From a virus: a stretch of 64,000 bases of DNA. Shown here one piece after another: positions 37,726 through 47,430 of this stretch (the stretch's first letter is position 1; each line of letters opens with the position of its first letter). The notes beneath the pieces were generated by a model. That model saw only the letters and a list, made by a program, of their open reading frames with translations. It did no database searches and was not told the DNA's origin. The stretch spans positions 1 to 64,000 of IMG/VR virus record IMGVR_UViG_3300044957_000346; one strand, written 5' to 3'. A program made the translations under genes and the position numbers.

Positions 37726-40164
37726 TTATCTTATTCCTTTTCTTTTTTTGTAATCGTCTAACGCGGCATTAAGTGCTTCCTGTGCTAACACACTACAGTG
37801 AATTTTAACTGGTGGAAGTCCACCCAATGCTTCTACTATGTTATCATTGCTAAAATTTTTTTCAAGATCTTCTATTGTTCTACCCTTAATAAGTTCGGTT
37901 GCCACACTAGAAGCAGCTATAGCACTGCCACAGTTATGTGACATTGCTCTTAATACAAAGAAACAGTTTGAACCTTCATTTAATTCTAAATCATAAACAA
38001 TATAATTGTCATTAGATTTTTCCAATCCTCTTAATTCATTAACATGTGTAATTTCTTTTTTTGATTTTAATGCAATTCCATTATGAATAAATCTTTGAAT
38101 ATCATTAATGCAAGTATCCAATTCATTTTTTTCAACAAACATCACATCAAAACCAGCAGATGAATAATCTTTTCTTTTTTGTATCATCCATCCTTGATTT
38201 TCACGATTTTGCATAAAATGAGGTAAATTTTTAGTATAAACTTCAATTACTTTTTTTTGACCATTTACTTTAAAATCAGGATTAAATCTTTTTCCATCTG
38301 GTGTGTTTATCCAAAACTTATAATCTCCTACGTATCTTAAATCTAGATTTTCATTTACAAATTTATTAATAAACTTTTTTTCTAATAAAGTTGGTCTTTT
38401 CCACTGATCTTTTTTAATTCCCTCTTGCCAGTTTTTAACATATTCTGGATTTTTCCACATTTTTTTACAAGAAATGCTTGTTTTAAAACTAGAAATTTCA
38501 AGATTTTTTCTTTTGTATTTTTTTTGATTCTGAGGCAATTCTTTTTGTTTCATCAATCCAAGATTATTTCTTTTTGAAATTTTTTTTGAATTGATATCTT
38601 TTAACCATTGTTGTTTTCTAACATTATTAATTGAACGGAGTTCTCGTTCTGTCATTTCCAATACTTCCATTCCAATTTCAAAATTTTCTGTTACTAATGG
38701 TCTATTATCTGCGCCCCACCAAACATGGTCTTTAGTGCAAATTATTTTTTTCCTTAATCCAAAATCTAATACACATAAATCATCGGAAGATACTTCTTTT
38801 TTAACAATATTTTTAACAGTATTTTTAACTACAGAGCTTCCATTCCATGTCCAAATTTGATCACCTATTTTTAAGTTTTTAATGGATGTATATCCGTTTG
38901 GAGTAGCAATTGGACTATTACCACCTAAGCATCCAAATGTCTTGAATCGAGCATCAATAACTTTATTGGTTTGTTCATCGATTCTGAGACTAATCTTCAT
39001 TATATCACCACAATTTTTAACGACTATTCCTTCTTCAACATTCAGGGTGATACGTGATAAAACAATATAATTATTATTTTCCTCAACTTGTAATGTATAT
39101 GTTTGAATTTCTCCAATATATTCTCGTTTGATTATATTGTGATTATAATGTTTGCATTCATCAAAAAACTCAGTCCATGATGGAAATCTTGTTGATAAAG
39201 ACTGTGGAATTTTATTTTGTTTGGCATAAGATCGCCAAAGATTAGCGGTCAACTTACCGTGTTGTTTATATAAATTATTTCCTATTTTGAATAAATCTTC
39301 ATCCGAATATCCTAACCACTTCGGATTTTTATTTCTCGGCTTAGAAGCGAATTTATATTTCCATTCATCGGACGTTTTATGATAACAATTATTATTTCCT
39401 TTTTGTCTTAGAGATATTAACTTCCTCTGTTCTTCGGTGGCCAATTTTGAAAAATGATTTGCCAATTCACTTTTGTCATCAAACTTGTTAATGTTTTCCA
39501 ATAAAATGTCTTTATTAATACATACATCAAATGTTTTTGGTCTATCCCAATTTGGGTTTGTCAACTTAGTATGATCTGATTTTGGTAATCCTTGCAAATT
39601 ACTAATACAGTTATTTTGTTTGTTTTCATCTATGTGATGTATATCATATCCTATAGTATTATGGTCAGGATTGTGAAATTTATAAATTTCAATGTGTTCT
39701 TTCCTATGTTTGGTTTTTCTAATTTCCCAATATCCATTTTTGATTATTTTTCGTTTGAATGGATAAATAGAATCATCACTTGTTAATAATTTATTTTCAA
39801 CATATTGTTTTTTAGGACGAGTGAGAAATTTATGATCTTCCGTACATGTTATTGTACCGCCATCATTTAATGTCAATTTATATACTTTTTTGACACCAGA
39901 TACAACTCCTATAGCATTTTTTATTTCAAATAAATTTGTTTTAGTATTAAAGCTCCAAACAGGGGTTATTTTGTTTACTAAATTTTTAATAGGAGTATGT
40001 AAATTACCATCCGCTGTTGCTATTAAAGTATCACCATCAAAACATGCTGCAGCCCCTACTTCACCTATAGCGTTTGCTTCTTTTATGTCACCCATATTTC
40101 TGGGATTCATAAAATGATCCATTACAGTTTGATTATATAGAGTATAAGATTCATTCATACCCAT
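37726..40164 (-). CDS. iscU: Fe-S cluster scaffold IscU/NifU interrupted by two inteins
   Basis: Y..VMDHFMNPRN.G..GEVGAAA|int|CGD.MK..DARFKTFG|int|CGSAIAASS..LPPVKIHCSVLA; spliced product 135 aa. Confidence 0.95.
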   Translation of the reverse strand: MGMNESYTLYNQTVMDHFMNPRNMGDIKEANAIGEVGAAACFDGDTLIATADGNLHTPIKNLVNKITPVWSFNTKTNLFEIKNAIGVVSGVKKVYKLTLNDGGTITCTEDHKFLTRPKKQYVENKLLTSDDSIYPFKRKIIKNGYWEIRKTKHRKEHIEIYKFHNPDHNTIGYDIHHIDENKQNNCISNLQGLPKSDHTKLTNPNWDRPKTFDVCINKDILLENINKFDDKSELANHFSKLATEEQRKLISLRQKGNNNCYHKTSDEWKYKFASKPRNKNPKWLGYSDEDLFKIGNNLYKQHGKLTANLWRSYAKQNKIPQSLSTRFPSWTEFFDECKHYNHNIIKREYIGEIQTYTLQVEENNNYIVLSRITLNVEEGIVVKNCGDIMKISLRIDEQTNKVIDARFKTFGCLGGNSPIATPNGYTSIKNLKIGDQIWTWNGSSVVKNTVKNIVKKEVSSDDLCVLDFGLRKKIICTKDHVWWGADNRPLVTENFEIGMEVLEMTERELRSINNVRKQQWLKDINSKKISKRNNLGLMKQKELPQNQKKYKRKNLEISSFKTSISCKKMWKNPEYVKNWQEGIKKDQWKRPTLLEKKFINKFVNENLDLRYVGDYKFWINTPDGKRFNPDFKVNGQKKVIEVYTKNLPHFMQNRENQGWMIQKRKDYSSAGFDVMFVEKNELDTCINDIQRFIHNGIALKSKKEITHVNELRGLEKSNDNYIVYDLELNEGSNCFFVLRAMSHNCGSAIAASSVATELIKGRTIEDLEKNFSNDNIVEALGGLPPVKIHCSVLAQEALNAALDDYKKRKGIR
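37933..38931 (-). mobile_element. Intein 2 of IscU (333 aa) with Vsr/DUF559-like endonuclease
   Basis: CLGGNSPIATPNG, CTKDH, PTLLE..FNPDF..VIEV, VYDLEL..FF..SHN|C. Confidence 0.9.
39013..40044 (-). mobile_element. Intein 1 of IscU (344 aa) with HNH endonuclease
   Basis: CFDGDTLI, CTEDHKF, DIHHIDENKQNN..NL..H, YTLQVEENNNY..VVKN|C. Confidence 0.9.
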
Positions 40165-40166
40165 AA

Positions 40167-41273
40167 TTATATTCCTATTTGCTGTAAATCGTGAATTACC
40201 ATTTTTTCTACAAGTTGTTTAAAATATGTCTTTGGAATCCAGTTTAATTCATTTCGTGCTTTTGTACTATCTCCGAGTAATAAATCTACTTCTGCGGGCC
40301 TGTAGAACTTGTGATTTATTTTAACTAATACACTATTTGATGGATCGTATCTATTTGCATCTTTTACGCTAATACTAAATTCTGCATTTTCGGCTTCTCC
40401 GTGCCATATTCCATCAATGTCGGCAGCTTTAAAAGCTTCAAATACAAATTCTTCAATAGTATGAGTTTCATTGCTGGATAGTACATATTCTTTTGGTTCA
40501 TTTTGATTTAACATTTTCCAAATACCGTCAACAAAATCTTCGGCATCACTCCAATCTCTGCTAGCTTTAACATTTCCCAGTTCAATACTGTCAAACGGTT
40601 TACCTTCTAAAAGCGCTTTTTTAATTCTAGCTACGCCCTTAGTGATTTTACGAGTTACAAACTCTTCACCTCTTCTAGTTCCTTCGTGATTGAATAATAA
40701 ACCTTGTATTGCAAACAGATTGTAAGATTCACGATATACTTTGACCAACTGTCGTGCTGCCGATTTGCTTGCGCCATATGGACTACGAGGTTTATATGGA
40801 TGTTTTTCATCTTGCGGAACATATTCTACGTCGCCGTACTCTTCACTACTTCCAGCATTATAAAATCTACAAGATGGCTTGTATTGTTTAATAGCCTGCA
40901 ATATATGAATTATACCGCACGTATTACATTCCCAGGTTTGTGATGGAAAATCCCAGGAAGATCCAACAAATGATTGCGCTGCTAAGTTTATAAAATAATC
41001 TGGCTTTAAATTTTCAACAATATTGTATATACTATGTGCATCGCTTAAATCAAAATTTACAAGATGAAATCTTGGATTGTTTTCTAAATGTACGATGTTG
41101 TCGTGGTTTTTGATGCTCAATCTTCTTGTTCCGCCAAAAATTATGTAATCGGTATTTTTTAGCAAATAATCAACCATGAAGCTACCATCTTGACCAGTCA
41201 CTCCTGTAACGAATACTGTTTTTTTATCTTTGTTTAAAAACGAAACTGCATCTTTCACATTATATGTTTGCAT
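40167..41273 (-). CDS. gmd: GDP-mannose 4,6-dehydratase
   Basis: TGVTGQDGS, LAAQSFV, PRSPYGASK, FNHE..RGEEFVTRKI, RPAEVDLLLGD. Confidence 0.95.
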   Translation of the reverse strand: MQTYNVKDAVSFLNKDKKTVFVTGVTGQDGSFMVDYLLKNTDYIIFGGTRRLSIKNHDNIVHLENNPRFHLVNFDLSDAHSIYNIVENLKPDYFINLAAQSFVGSSWDFPSQTWECNTCGIIHILQAIKQYKPSCRFYNAGSSEEYGDVEYVPQDEKHPYKPRSPYGASKSAARQLVKVYRESYNLFAIQGLLFNHEGTRRGEEFVTRKITKGVARIKKALLEGKPFDSIELGNVKASRDWSDAEDFVDGIWKMLNQNEPKEYVLSSNETHTIEEFVFEAFKAADIDGIWHGEAENAEFSISVKDANRYDPSNSVLVKINHKFYRPAEVDLLLGDSTKARNELNWIPKTYFKQLVEKMVIHDLQQIGI

Positions 41274-41287
41274 AAATTATTTGTTTA

Positions 41288-41743
41288 TTATTCATTATCT
41301 AAATAGTCTTCACCGTCGTCGTTATCAATATTATATTTTTGTTTAAAACGAATCATATCTTCATTTGTTATTTTCATATAATGTAAAATTATTTGTATCA
41401 AAAATATAATGCTATCTTTGGAGAAATTATATTTTTTACAATATTCTGAGATTTTGTTCGCTATAAATAATATTTTTTTTCGGGTATTATCGGCTATGCC
41501 TAACTCTAATTTATGTGGTTGACGGGTGGGATATAATCCCGGTATGTCATTTTTATTAATAAATTTTTGTGTATTTATAATAATTTTTTTGTTGATTTCT
41601 TCTTCAATTTCGATGTCATTTTTTCCCGCATCTTTTAACTTTTTCTCCAACGATCTTATATAAGAAGGCTTTATTTTTTTAGCAATATTAAAATTGCTTA
41701 ATACTCCGTGTTTTGTTAACAAATGTTGAAATTTACTGTTCAT
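41288..41743 (-). CDS. Hypothetical protein
   Basis: 151-aa ORF in the minus-strand operon. Confidence 0.55.
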   Translation of the reverse strand: MNSKFQHLLTKHGVLSNFNIAKKIKPSYIRSLEKKLKDAGKNDIEIEEEINKKIIINTQKFINKNDIPGLYPTRQPHKLELGIADNTRKKILFIANKISEYCKKYNFSKDSIIFLIQIILHYMKITNEDMIRFKQKYNIDNDDGEDYLDNE

Positions 41744-41927
41744 CTAGATATATTAAATATATATATAATTATGAACAAAGTAGCTTTATTTATTGATGCG
41801 TTTATAACATCCGATGAAAAATTTCATGTATTTACAAATAATATTCATAAATTTGCAAAGTGTGATTGGGATATATTCGTTATAAACAATAAAAAATATA
41901 ACAATGCAACATTAAGAAAAATTTAGA

Positions 41928-42662
41928 TTAAAATCTTTGTTTTAATATCTTCTTTCCATCTTGTAGAATATCTGGATCAAATACCTTTGGACCTTTACTT
42001 ATATAACCTTTACCACATGTAAATGTGCAGTTATAACAAAGTAACCTAATGTTTTCCAATTTATGGTTTTTGTTATTGCCATCTTCAAAATTTAATAATA
42101 ATGGTATTTTACCATCCGTGAGTCTTCGTTCGTGATAACCACATTGTTCACACTCTGATTTTTTAATACCACTTCTTATGAGTTTATCCTTTAATCTGTG
42201 TATTGGGAAATCTGGATGTTTACCATCTAATATATCTTGTATTGGAAATTTACCTTTATTAGGATCTATAGGCCCCCTACAACATACACCTTTCGTAACA
42301 GGCCATCCTTTGGTTTTGTGTATGCCGTATAGTTTTGCATATTTCTTGAATGTGATATAACTTATACCAAGTAGTTTTGCAGCTTTTTTTGCGGTAGGTG
42401 CTCTATCAATTGCTTCTTGAACTTCCGATTGTAATATTGGTTTTTGGTTTCTACTGTGAGTTTTTCTTTTTGGATATAATTGTTCGGAAAATTGTTTTTC
42501 CAAATGAGGTATGGTGACTCCTTTTGATTGAAGTATTTTAAATTCTTCTATCTCATTTCTTACATCTTGACCCAACTGACTTAAACTAAGTAATTCTTCA
42601 ACTTTGCTTTTAAGCTGGTCAAGTTCTTGTAACTTTTTTTCTATCTGTGATTGATCCATCAT
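41928..42662 (-). CDS. HTH plus HNH-fold protein
   Basis: AAKLLGISY HTH; CEQCG..LNFEDGN..NH.LENIRLLCYNC (catalytic His appears replaced). Confidence 0.7.
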   Translation of the reverse strand: MMDQSQIEKKLQELDQLKSKVEELLSLSQLGQDVRNEIEEFKILQSKGVTIPHLEKQFSEQLYPKRKTHSRNQKPILQSEVQEAIDRAPTAKKAAKLLGISYITFKKYAKLYGIHKTKGWPVTKGVCCRGPIDPNKGKFPIQDILDGKHPDFPIHRLKDKLIRSGIKKSECEQCGYHERRLTDGKIPLLLNFEDGNNKNHKLENIRLLCYNCTFTCGKGYISKGPKVFDPDILQDGKKILKQRF

Positions 42663-42994
42663 GTTTTTGAAGCCGATAACGGTTCTTTAGCTAAATCTAT
42701 CGAGGTATTCATATAAAACACTTTCCTCAACACTTCGGCTCTAGATGGTGATCCGGCATTTAATAAAACTTTATATGTATTTATAATTTTTTTCTTTGCG
42801 TTTTTTCTTTTGAGTGATTTGACAAACATCACAGGATTTACTAAAAAATCGGAATCCCCCTCAATTGTTTTTTTAATTTTAAATTCAACACCTCTTGTAC
42901 ATGCCTCGACATGTGGATCTGCAAATATAGATTCGTCAACATATACTTCTAACGACCAATCTGCTGTACTAACTGAATAATTATTTTTATACAT
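42659..42994 (-). CDS. Hypothetical protein
   Basis: Overlapping operon ORF. Confidence 0.55.
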   Translation of the reverse strand: MYKNNYSVSTADWSLEVYVDESIFADPHVEACTRGVEFKIKKTIEGDSDFLVNPVMFVKSLKRKNAKKKIINTYKVLLNAGSPSRAEVLRKVFYMNTSIDLAKEPLSASKT

Positions 42995-44591
42995 AGTTCA
43001 TATCCCCGTCGTTAAGTAAATCCAAGTTGGTTAGTTTTTGATTAACACTATCACAAACTTTTTCTTCAACGGTATTAGCAACAAATACAATTTTCTGTAT
43101 ACTCTTGCTTTTTGCACCATCACGCCAGACTCTACCAGTGGCTTGACGCATGTTTACAGCTGAATATGATGGGCTAATTAATGCCAATCTTGGATGTTTA
43201 CCGGTTATATCGTGTAAGCTTAACCCAGCACCACCCGCTGCTAGATTTAGTAGTATCACGCGTTGTTTATCACTTTGAAAATCATCAATGCTTTGTTGAC
43301 GAGTTTTTGCGTACTTAGCTTCACCATTCACAATACATTTGGTATTTAGTCTTTGTGATAAAGCTTCTATAGTTTCTGAAAAGTTCAAAAATACAGCAAT
43401 ACTCATATTATTTTCTAAAGCATCTTCAACCATTTCAACAAATAGGGGAACTTTTGTCATTTCTACCTTTTGCCTGGATCTCAGAATAGCTGTAAGTTCG
43501 CTGCTCTTTTTATCTTTCTTTAGTAACTTTTCAATCTTAAGCAATTCAAGTCGCATTTCATCATACGCGGCATTAATTTTATCCTGATCTTCTTTATCCA
43601 TTTCATAACAGTTTGCGATGATTTGACTTTCTGGAAAGTTTGGAATTGTATCTCTACTCAATCTTACGCCTCTGTTTGTAAATATATCGGTGCTTAATTT
43701 AGTTAATGATTTGCGATCACCTGTGAATTCCATTCCGAATCTACCTCTTACCACACCATGTGCATAAGCCCAATCATAATATTGTTTGTTGTTATTAAAC
43801 AACTTTATACACTGTCCTACAGTACGAAGTTCAAGTGGATTTGTTGCCATAGTAGCGCTACAAAATAACATCTTATATCCAGATTTAAGCGCGGCCATAC
43901 AAGTTTCACTGTTCTTGGTTTTTGCGTTCTTTAATTTTTGAGCTTCATCCCAAACAATCAAAGTATTCTTAGGAAGCTTCCAAACAAATTCTTTACGACG
44001 AGTGTCTCTTCGTTTAACTATAGATACATAGATGCTATCTGATTTACCTATACGAAGAGTTTCATAATTAACAATGCCAATACAATTGCCCCAATACTTA
44101 AAGTGATTTTTTATAACTCTTTTCCAACTTTCCATGACTGCTTTTGGACATACAACCATAATATCCACATTTAATTCTCTAGCAACGGCGGTGGCTGTAT
44201 ATGTTTTGCCAACGCCGACATCGCTTCCGTCTACCGCAGCCCCCCACTTTTTAATTGAGGCTACTATTTTGCTTACCGCATCAACTTGCCACGGTCTTAG
44301 ACCCGTTGTATTTTTAACCTCATATAAAGGCAAAGATTCATCTTGTTTTTCATTGGCTTTTTTGGGTTCTTTAAACAGTGTTGGATTATCTTTAATCTCG
44401 GTTAGAATCCAATTATCTCCCAATTTTGTTACGCCATATCCACGATCCTTTAATATGAGTCTATTTACCTTCCAGTAGGTAAAAAATTGGTTTAAATATG
44501 CTTGAGGTATAACCCAACTTCTTTGAAACAGAACATCGCCGTTTTTCTCAATTTGAACTGGATCAGACCATTGTATGTTCAAATTAATCAT
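42987..44591 (-). CDS. Superfamily 2 (SNF2-like) helicase
   Basis: LRPWQ, GVGKT, DEAQ, SAT, GGAGLSL, QATGRVWR. Confidence 0.9.
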   Translation of the reverse strand: MINLNIQWSDPVQIEKNGDVLFQRSWVIPQAYLNQFFTYWKVNRLILKDRGYGVTKLGDNWILTEIKDNPTLFKEPKKANEKQDESLPLYEVKNTTGLRPWQVDAVSKIVASIKKWGAAVDGSDVGVGKTYTATAVARELNVDIMVVCPKAVMESWKRVIKNHFKYWGNCIGIVNYETLRIGKSDSIYVSIVKRRDTRRKEFVWKLPKNTLIVWDEAQKLKNAKTKNSETCMAALKSGYKMLFCSATMATNPLELRTVGQCIKLFNNNKQYYDWAYAHGVVRGRFGMEFTGDRKSLTKLSTDIFTNRGVRLSRDTIPNFPESQIIANCYEMDKEDQDKINAAYDEMRLELLKIEKLLKKDKKSSELTAILRSRQKVEMTKVPLFVEMVEDALENNMSIAVFLNFSETIEALSQRLNTKCIVNGEAKYAKTRQQSIDDFQSDKQRVILLNLAAGGAGLSLHDITGKHPRLALISPSYSAVNMRQATGRVWRDGAKSKSIQKIVFVANTVEEKVCDSVNQKLTNLDLLNDGDMNYV

Positions 44592-44594
44592 AGA

Positions 44595-44894
44595 TTAGTC
44601 ACCCATTTCGTTTCTATACTTTAGATTTCTTTGTAATTCATGAATATTTGTTTTTACATGACGACCATCATCTCTAAGTACTCCAATATCAAAATGGCCA
44701 CTCATTAATTCTGTGAAATAAATTCCCTGCACATCGTCAAATCCATGACCCAGAGTTTGCATCTCAAACATCCAGTTTTTACGGTTTTGATTAAATTTCT
44801 TTTTACAAAGTTGTTCCAAATAACCTACAATGTCGTTAACATCTTCAAAATAAACAACCTTGTTGATAGTGGTATCTCTTATATAGTATTTCAT
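44595..44894 (-). CDS. Hypothetical protein
   Basis: 99-aa ORF behind a sigma70-like promoter. Confidence 0.6.
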   Translation of the reverse strand: MKYYIRDTTINKVVYFEDVNDIVGYLEQLCKKKFNQNRKNWMFEMQTLGHGFDDVQGIYFTELMSGHFDIGVLRDDGRHVKTNIHELQRNLKYRNEMGD

Positions 44895-44901
44895 AAAAAT
44901 T

Positions 44902-44930
44902 ATTCTACTATATGACTATTACTTAGTCAA
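44902..44930 (-). promoter_or_regulatory. sigma70-like promoter
   Basis: TTGACT-N17-TAGAAT, 7 nt before ATG 44894. Confidence 0.6.
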
Positions 44931-44947
44931 CTACTTTTAGTGTTATA

Positions 44948-45520
44948 TTATTCGTTATTTCTTTCGGTTTGACTTCTTATAGTTTCAAAATACTGAATTA
45001 TATGATTTATAACCACGTCCGTTATATCTTCTAACCAATCGTCCGGTTTAAATTCGGTCGCACTTAAACCAGCATGTATTGGCTTTAAATGTCCATCTTG
45101 AAATTCTTGTCTTAAAAAGTCAATTAAATCTCTTTTTAGACCTTCTTTGTGGGCTATCACAAATATCTCACTTAGCGATTCTTTATAACCTACTCTCACC
45201 GGATTCTTACCCTTACCACCACTACCTTTTTCTCCTCTACCCGCGGCTCTTTGAGCAGCTTTCTTTCTTTTTACCCAATTAGCTATAGCCTTCTTGCCAC
45301 CTTTTGCTCTTAATCTAGCAGCGTATTTTTTACCTAAACATGCGCTATAACTACTACCTTTCTTTGCATCTCCACACTTGCCAGCCTTTTTGCCCGTACT
45401 ATCGTATCTATCCCAACCACCTCCACTGGAGCTACCAACTGGTCCCTTACCAAACCAAGCTCTTAACCCACCACGGTATGCTTCGTCTAACTTTGTAAAA
45501 TATAAATCGTTTGTATCCAT
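44948..45520 (-). CDS. Basic conserved phage protein, probably virion-associated
   Basis: GGLRAWF..W..CG..C..A..RKK motif flanked by LDE/LSE sites. Confidence 0.55.
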   Translation of the reverse strand: MDTNDLYFTKLDEAYRGGLRAWFGKGPVGSSSGGGWDRYDSTGKKAGKCGDAKKGSSYSACLGKKYAARLRAKGGKKAIANWVKRKKAAQRAAGRGEKGSGGKGKNPVRVGYKESLSEIFVIAHKEGLKRDLIDFLRQEFQDGHLKPIHAGLSATEFKPDDWLEDITDVVINHIIQYFETIRSQTERNNE

Positions 45521-45532
45521 TTACAATAAATA

Positions 45533-45700
45533 TCACAAAACATTATTAAACCTGTCTACTAAATTATTAAAGAATTTCTCAACCCTATTCTTTTCAACTT
45601 TTTTCTTTTGGGTTTCGTTTAAGTAAAAATTAATTTCAGATTCTCCCAACTCAATGTCTGAGTCTTTTAACTTGATGGTGATTTTTTTTTGTTTTTTCAT
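45533..45700 (-). CDS. Small hypothetical protein (55 aa)
   Basis: Manual translation MKKQKKITIKLKDSDIELGESEINFY...; below the ORF-track cutoff. Confidence 0.4.
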   Translation of the reverse strand: MKKQKKITIKLKDSDIELGESEINFYLNETQKKKVEKNRVEKFFNNLVDRFNNVL

Positions 45701-45710
45701 AGTGGAATCA

Positions 45711-45750
45711 ATAAAAAAAAAAGATATGTAATCTAAGATTACATATCTTT
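45711..45750 (-). terminator. Intrinsic terminator
   Basis: Perfect 14-bp stem AAAGATATGTAATC/GATTACATATCTTT, 3-nt loop, followed by a T-run on the minus strand. Confidence 0.65.
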
Positions 45751-45775
45751 GCGATTAGAAAAAATTCTAAATAAT

Positions 45776-46423
45776 TTATTTGTTCACCAAAAAATGTTTC
45801 CAATCTTGGTGTTTCGCTTCTTTGATTAGAGCATATACTGGAATAGGCTGAGGCGCCGCTGGATTTTTCAATAGTTTCAAACCAGCTTCACTGTTTAGTC
45901 TATTACCCTTTTTGGAGTTAATATCTTTTGAACACAATACCAGATTGGTCCAAGAATCTTCTCCACCCTTACTACGAGGAATAACATGGTCAACTGTGGC
46001 CCGATGTTTTTCAATTTTTTCACCGGTGTATTGACAAACACCATTGTCACGGTTAAAAATTGCGTCCTTACTAGGTTTACCCCTAAAATGCTTTACAGGC
46101 ATCTTGTTGAAGTTAACAGAAATTAATACTGTTGGAACACGAATAATTCTGTTTGGAGAATTTATGGTCAAATCCCAACTACGAATCGGTAGAGTCATCC
46201 ATTCAGTCCAAGATACCGGAGTCATGCTTTTAGGATCATCCAATATTGGATCCCCATTTTCGTCGGTCTCGTAATCAATATCCAATGCTGAACTAGTTGG
46301 CTTGCCATCAGATTCAGCGCCGCATAAATCAATAATTGCATCTTTTACGGTTTTAAATCCAACTGGTTGCCAGTTGGCATTCAAATTTAGACATATTAAC
46401 TTATTTGCTATTGTAGTATTCAT
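45776..46423 (-). CDS. HNH endonuclease (McrA-like)
   Basis: LNANWQP, IRVPTV, RD..CQYTG, TVDHVIPRSKGG..WTNLVLC..N..KGN. Confidence 0.9.
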   Translation of the reverse strand: MNTTIANKLICLNLNANWQPVGFKTVKDAIIDLCGAESDGKPTSSALDIDYETDENGDPILDDPKSMTPVSWTEWMTLPIRSWDLTINSPNRIIRVPTVLISVNFNKMPVKHFRGKPSKDAIFNRDNGVCQYTGEKIEKHRATVDHVIPRSKGGEDSWTNLVLCSKDINSKKGNRLNSEAGLKLLKNPAAPQPIPVYALIKEAKHQDWKHFLVNK

Positions 46424-46437
46424 AACTCACAATATAA

Positions 46438-46782
46438 CTATACCACACTTTTTATAAATGTCAAGGGATTTTCTTCTCGTTCAAGACTTTCGTCAAGTCT
46501 ATTCTTAATCATATGTAATGGGCACCGAAACCATTCCTTTTTTCTGTCGGTTGCAAAATATTTCATATTTTCTTGAATTTTCTTTTCTGCTGAATAACAA
46601 TCCGGGTGTTTTACATAGTGCTCTATCTTATAATCCCGAAATGGAGACGAAGTTTGATAGGTTCTTAATCTGGAGTTTATATCGTGTGTAACTCCAATTT
46701 TGTAATATTCTGGAAAATGAATATTACTGATTATATATATGTATCCTTCTTTTTTTCTAGATAATTTCGTCTGCGAGTCCAT
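46438..46782 (-). CDS. GIY-YIG (T5orf172-type) nuclease domain protein
   Basis: GYIYI..YKIGVT..RL..YQTSSP..E..EWF. Confidence 0.85.
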   Translation of the reverse strand: MDSQTKLSRKKEGYIYIISNIHFPEYYKIGVTHDINSRLRTYQTSSPFRDYKIEHYVKHPDCYSAEKKIQENMKYFATDRKKEWFRCPLHMIKNRLDESLEREENPLTFIKSVV

Positions 46783-47359
46783 ATTTTACAGCATCTTCTG
46801 CGTTCAAATATATATCACGTTTTAATACCTCATTTAACTCAGACTCACCAAATTTAGTATGTTTTAAGTAAATAGACTTAATTATATCTGATAACATATC
46901 CAAATTGTGAGTTTCGTCTTTAAAGTTTTCATGAGTTCCTTGAAACCAACTACGAACTTGATGAATCAACATTACTGAATTTTTATTGATATATCTTTTA
47001 TGACAGCTTACGCTGATGAGTGTTGCAGCGCTGGCAACCAAACCTTCTACATAACTGTGTACAGGCACTTTACTGGTTCGTATTCTGTCTACAGTGGACA
47101 AGGCTCCAAATACCTGACCCCCATCGCTATTTATGTATAATTTTATTGGAGCCGGATTTGGTAAATCAAAGGTTATTTGGTGTATTAACAGTTGTTTGGA
47201 AAGATCGGTTATCGATTTGTTTATTGTGAATATAGACTCATTATTTACATCCGAATAAAAATATATATCATTACTTGTTATAACCGATGAATATTTTGTT
47301 TTATCGTGTTGAATATCTTGGTCATCTAAATCAGCAGTTAGCATTAATTTTTTAGACAT
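46757..47359 (-). CDS. clpP: ClpP-like protease
   Basis: LYINSDGG, ASAAT (Ser), MLIHQ (His), RDIYL..A..YGLAD. Confidence 0.85.
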   Translation of the reverse strand: MSKKLMLTADLDDQDIQHDKTKYSSVITSNDIYFYSDVNNESIFTINKSITDLSKQLLIHQITFDLPNPAPIKLYINSDGGQVFGALSTVDRIRTSKVPVHSYVEGLVASAATLISVSCHKRYINKNSVMLIHQVRSWFQGTHENFKDETHNLDMLSDIIKSIYLKHTKFGESELNEVLKRDIYLNAEDAVKYGLADEII

Positions 47360-47430
47360 GTTACTTTATAAATAGAAATCGTGTAAATTATAAAATTATT
47401 TTTATTGATCTAATCAATACATATGGAAGT

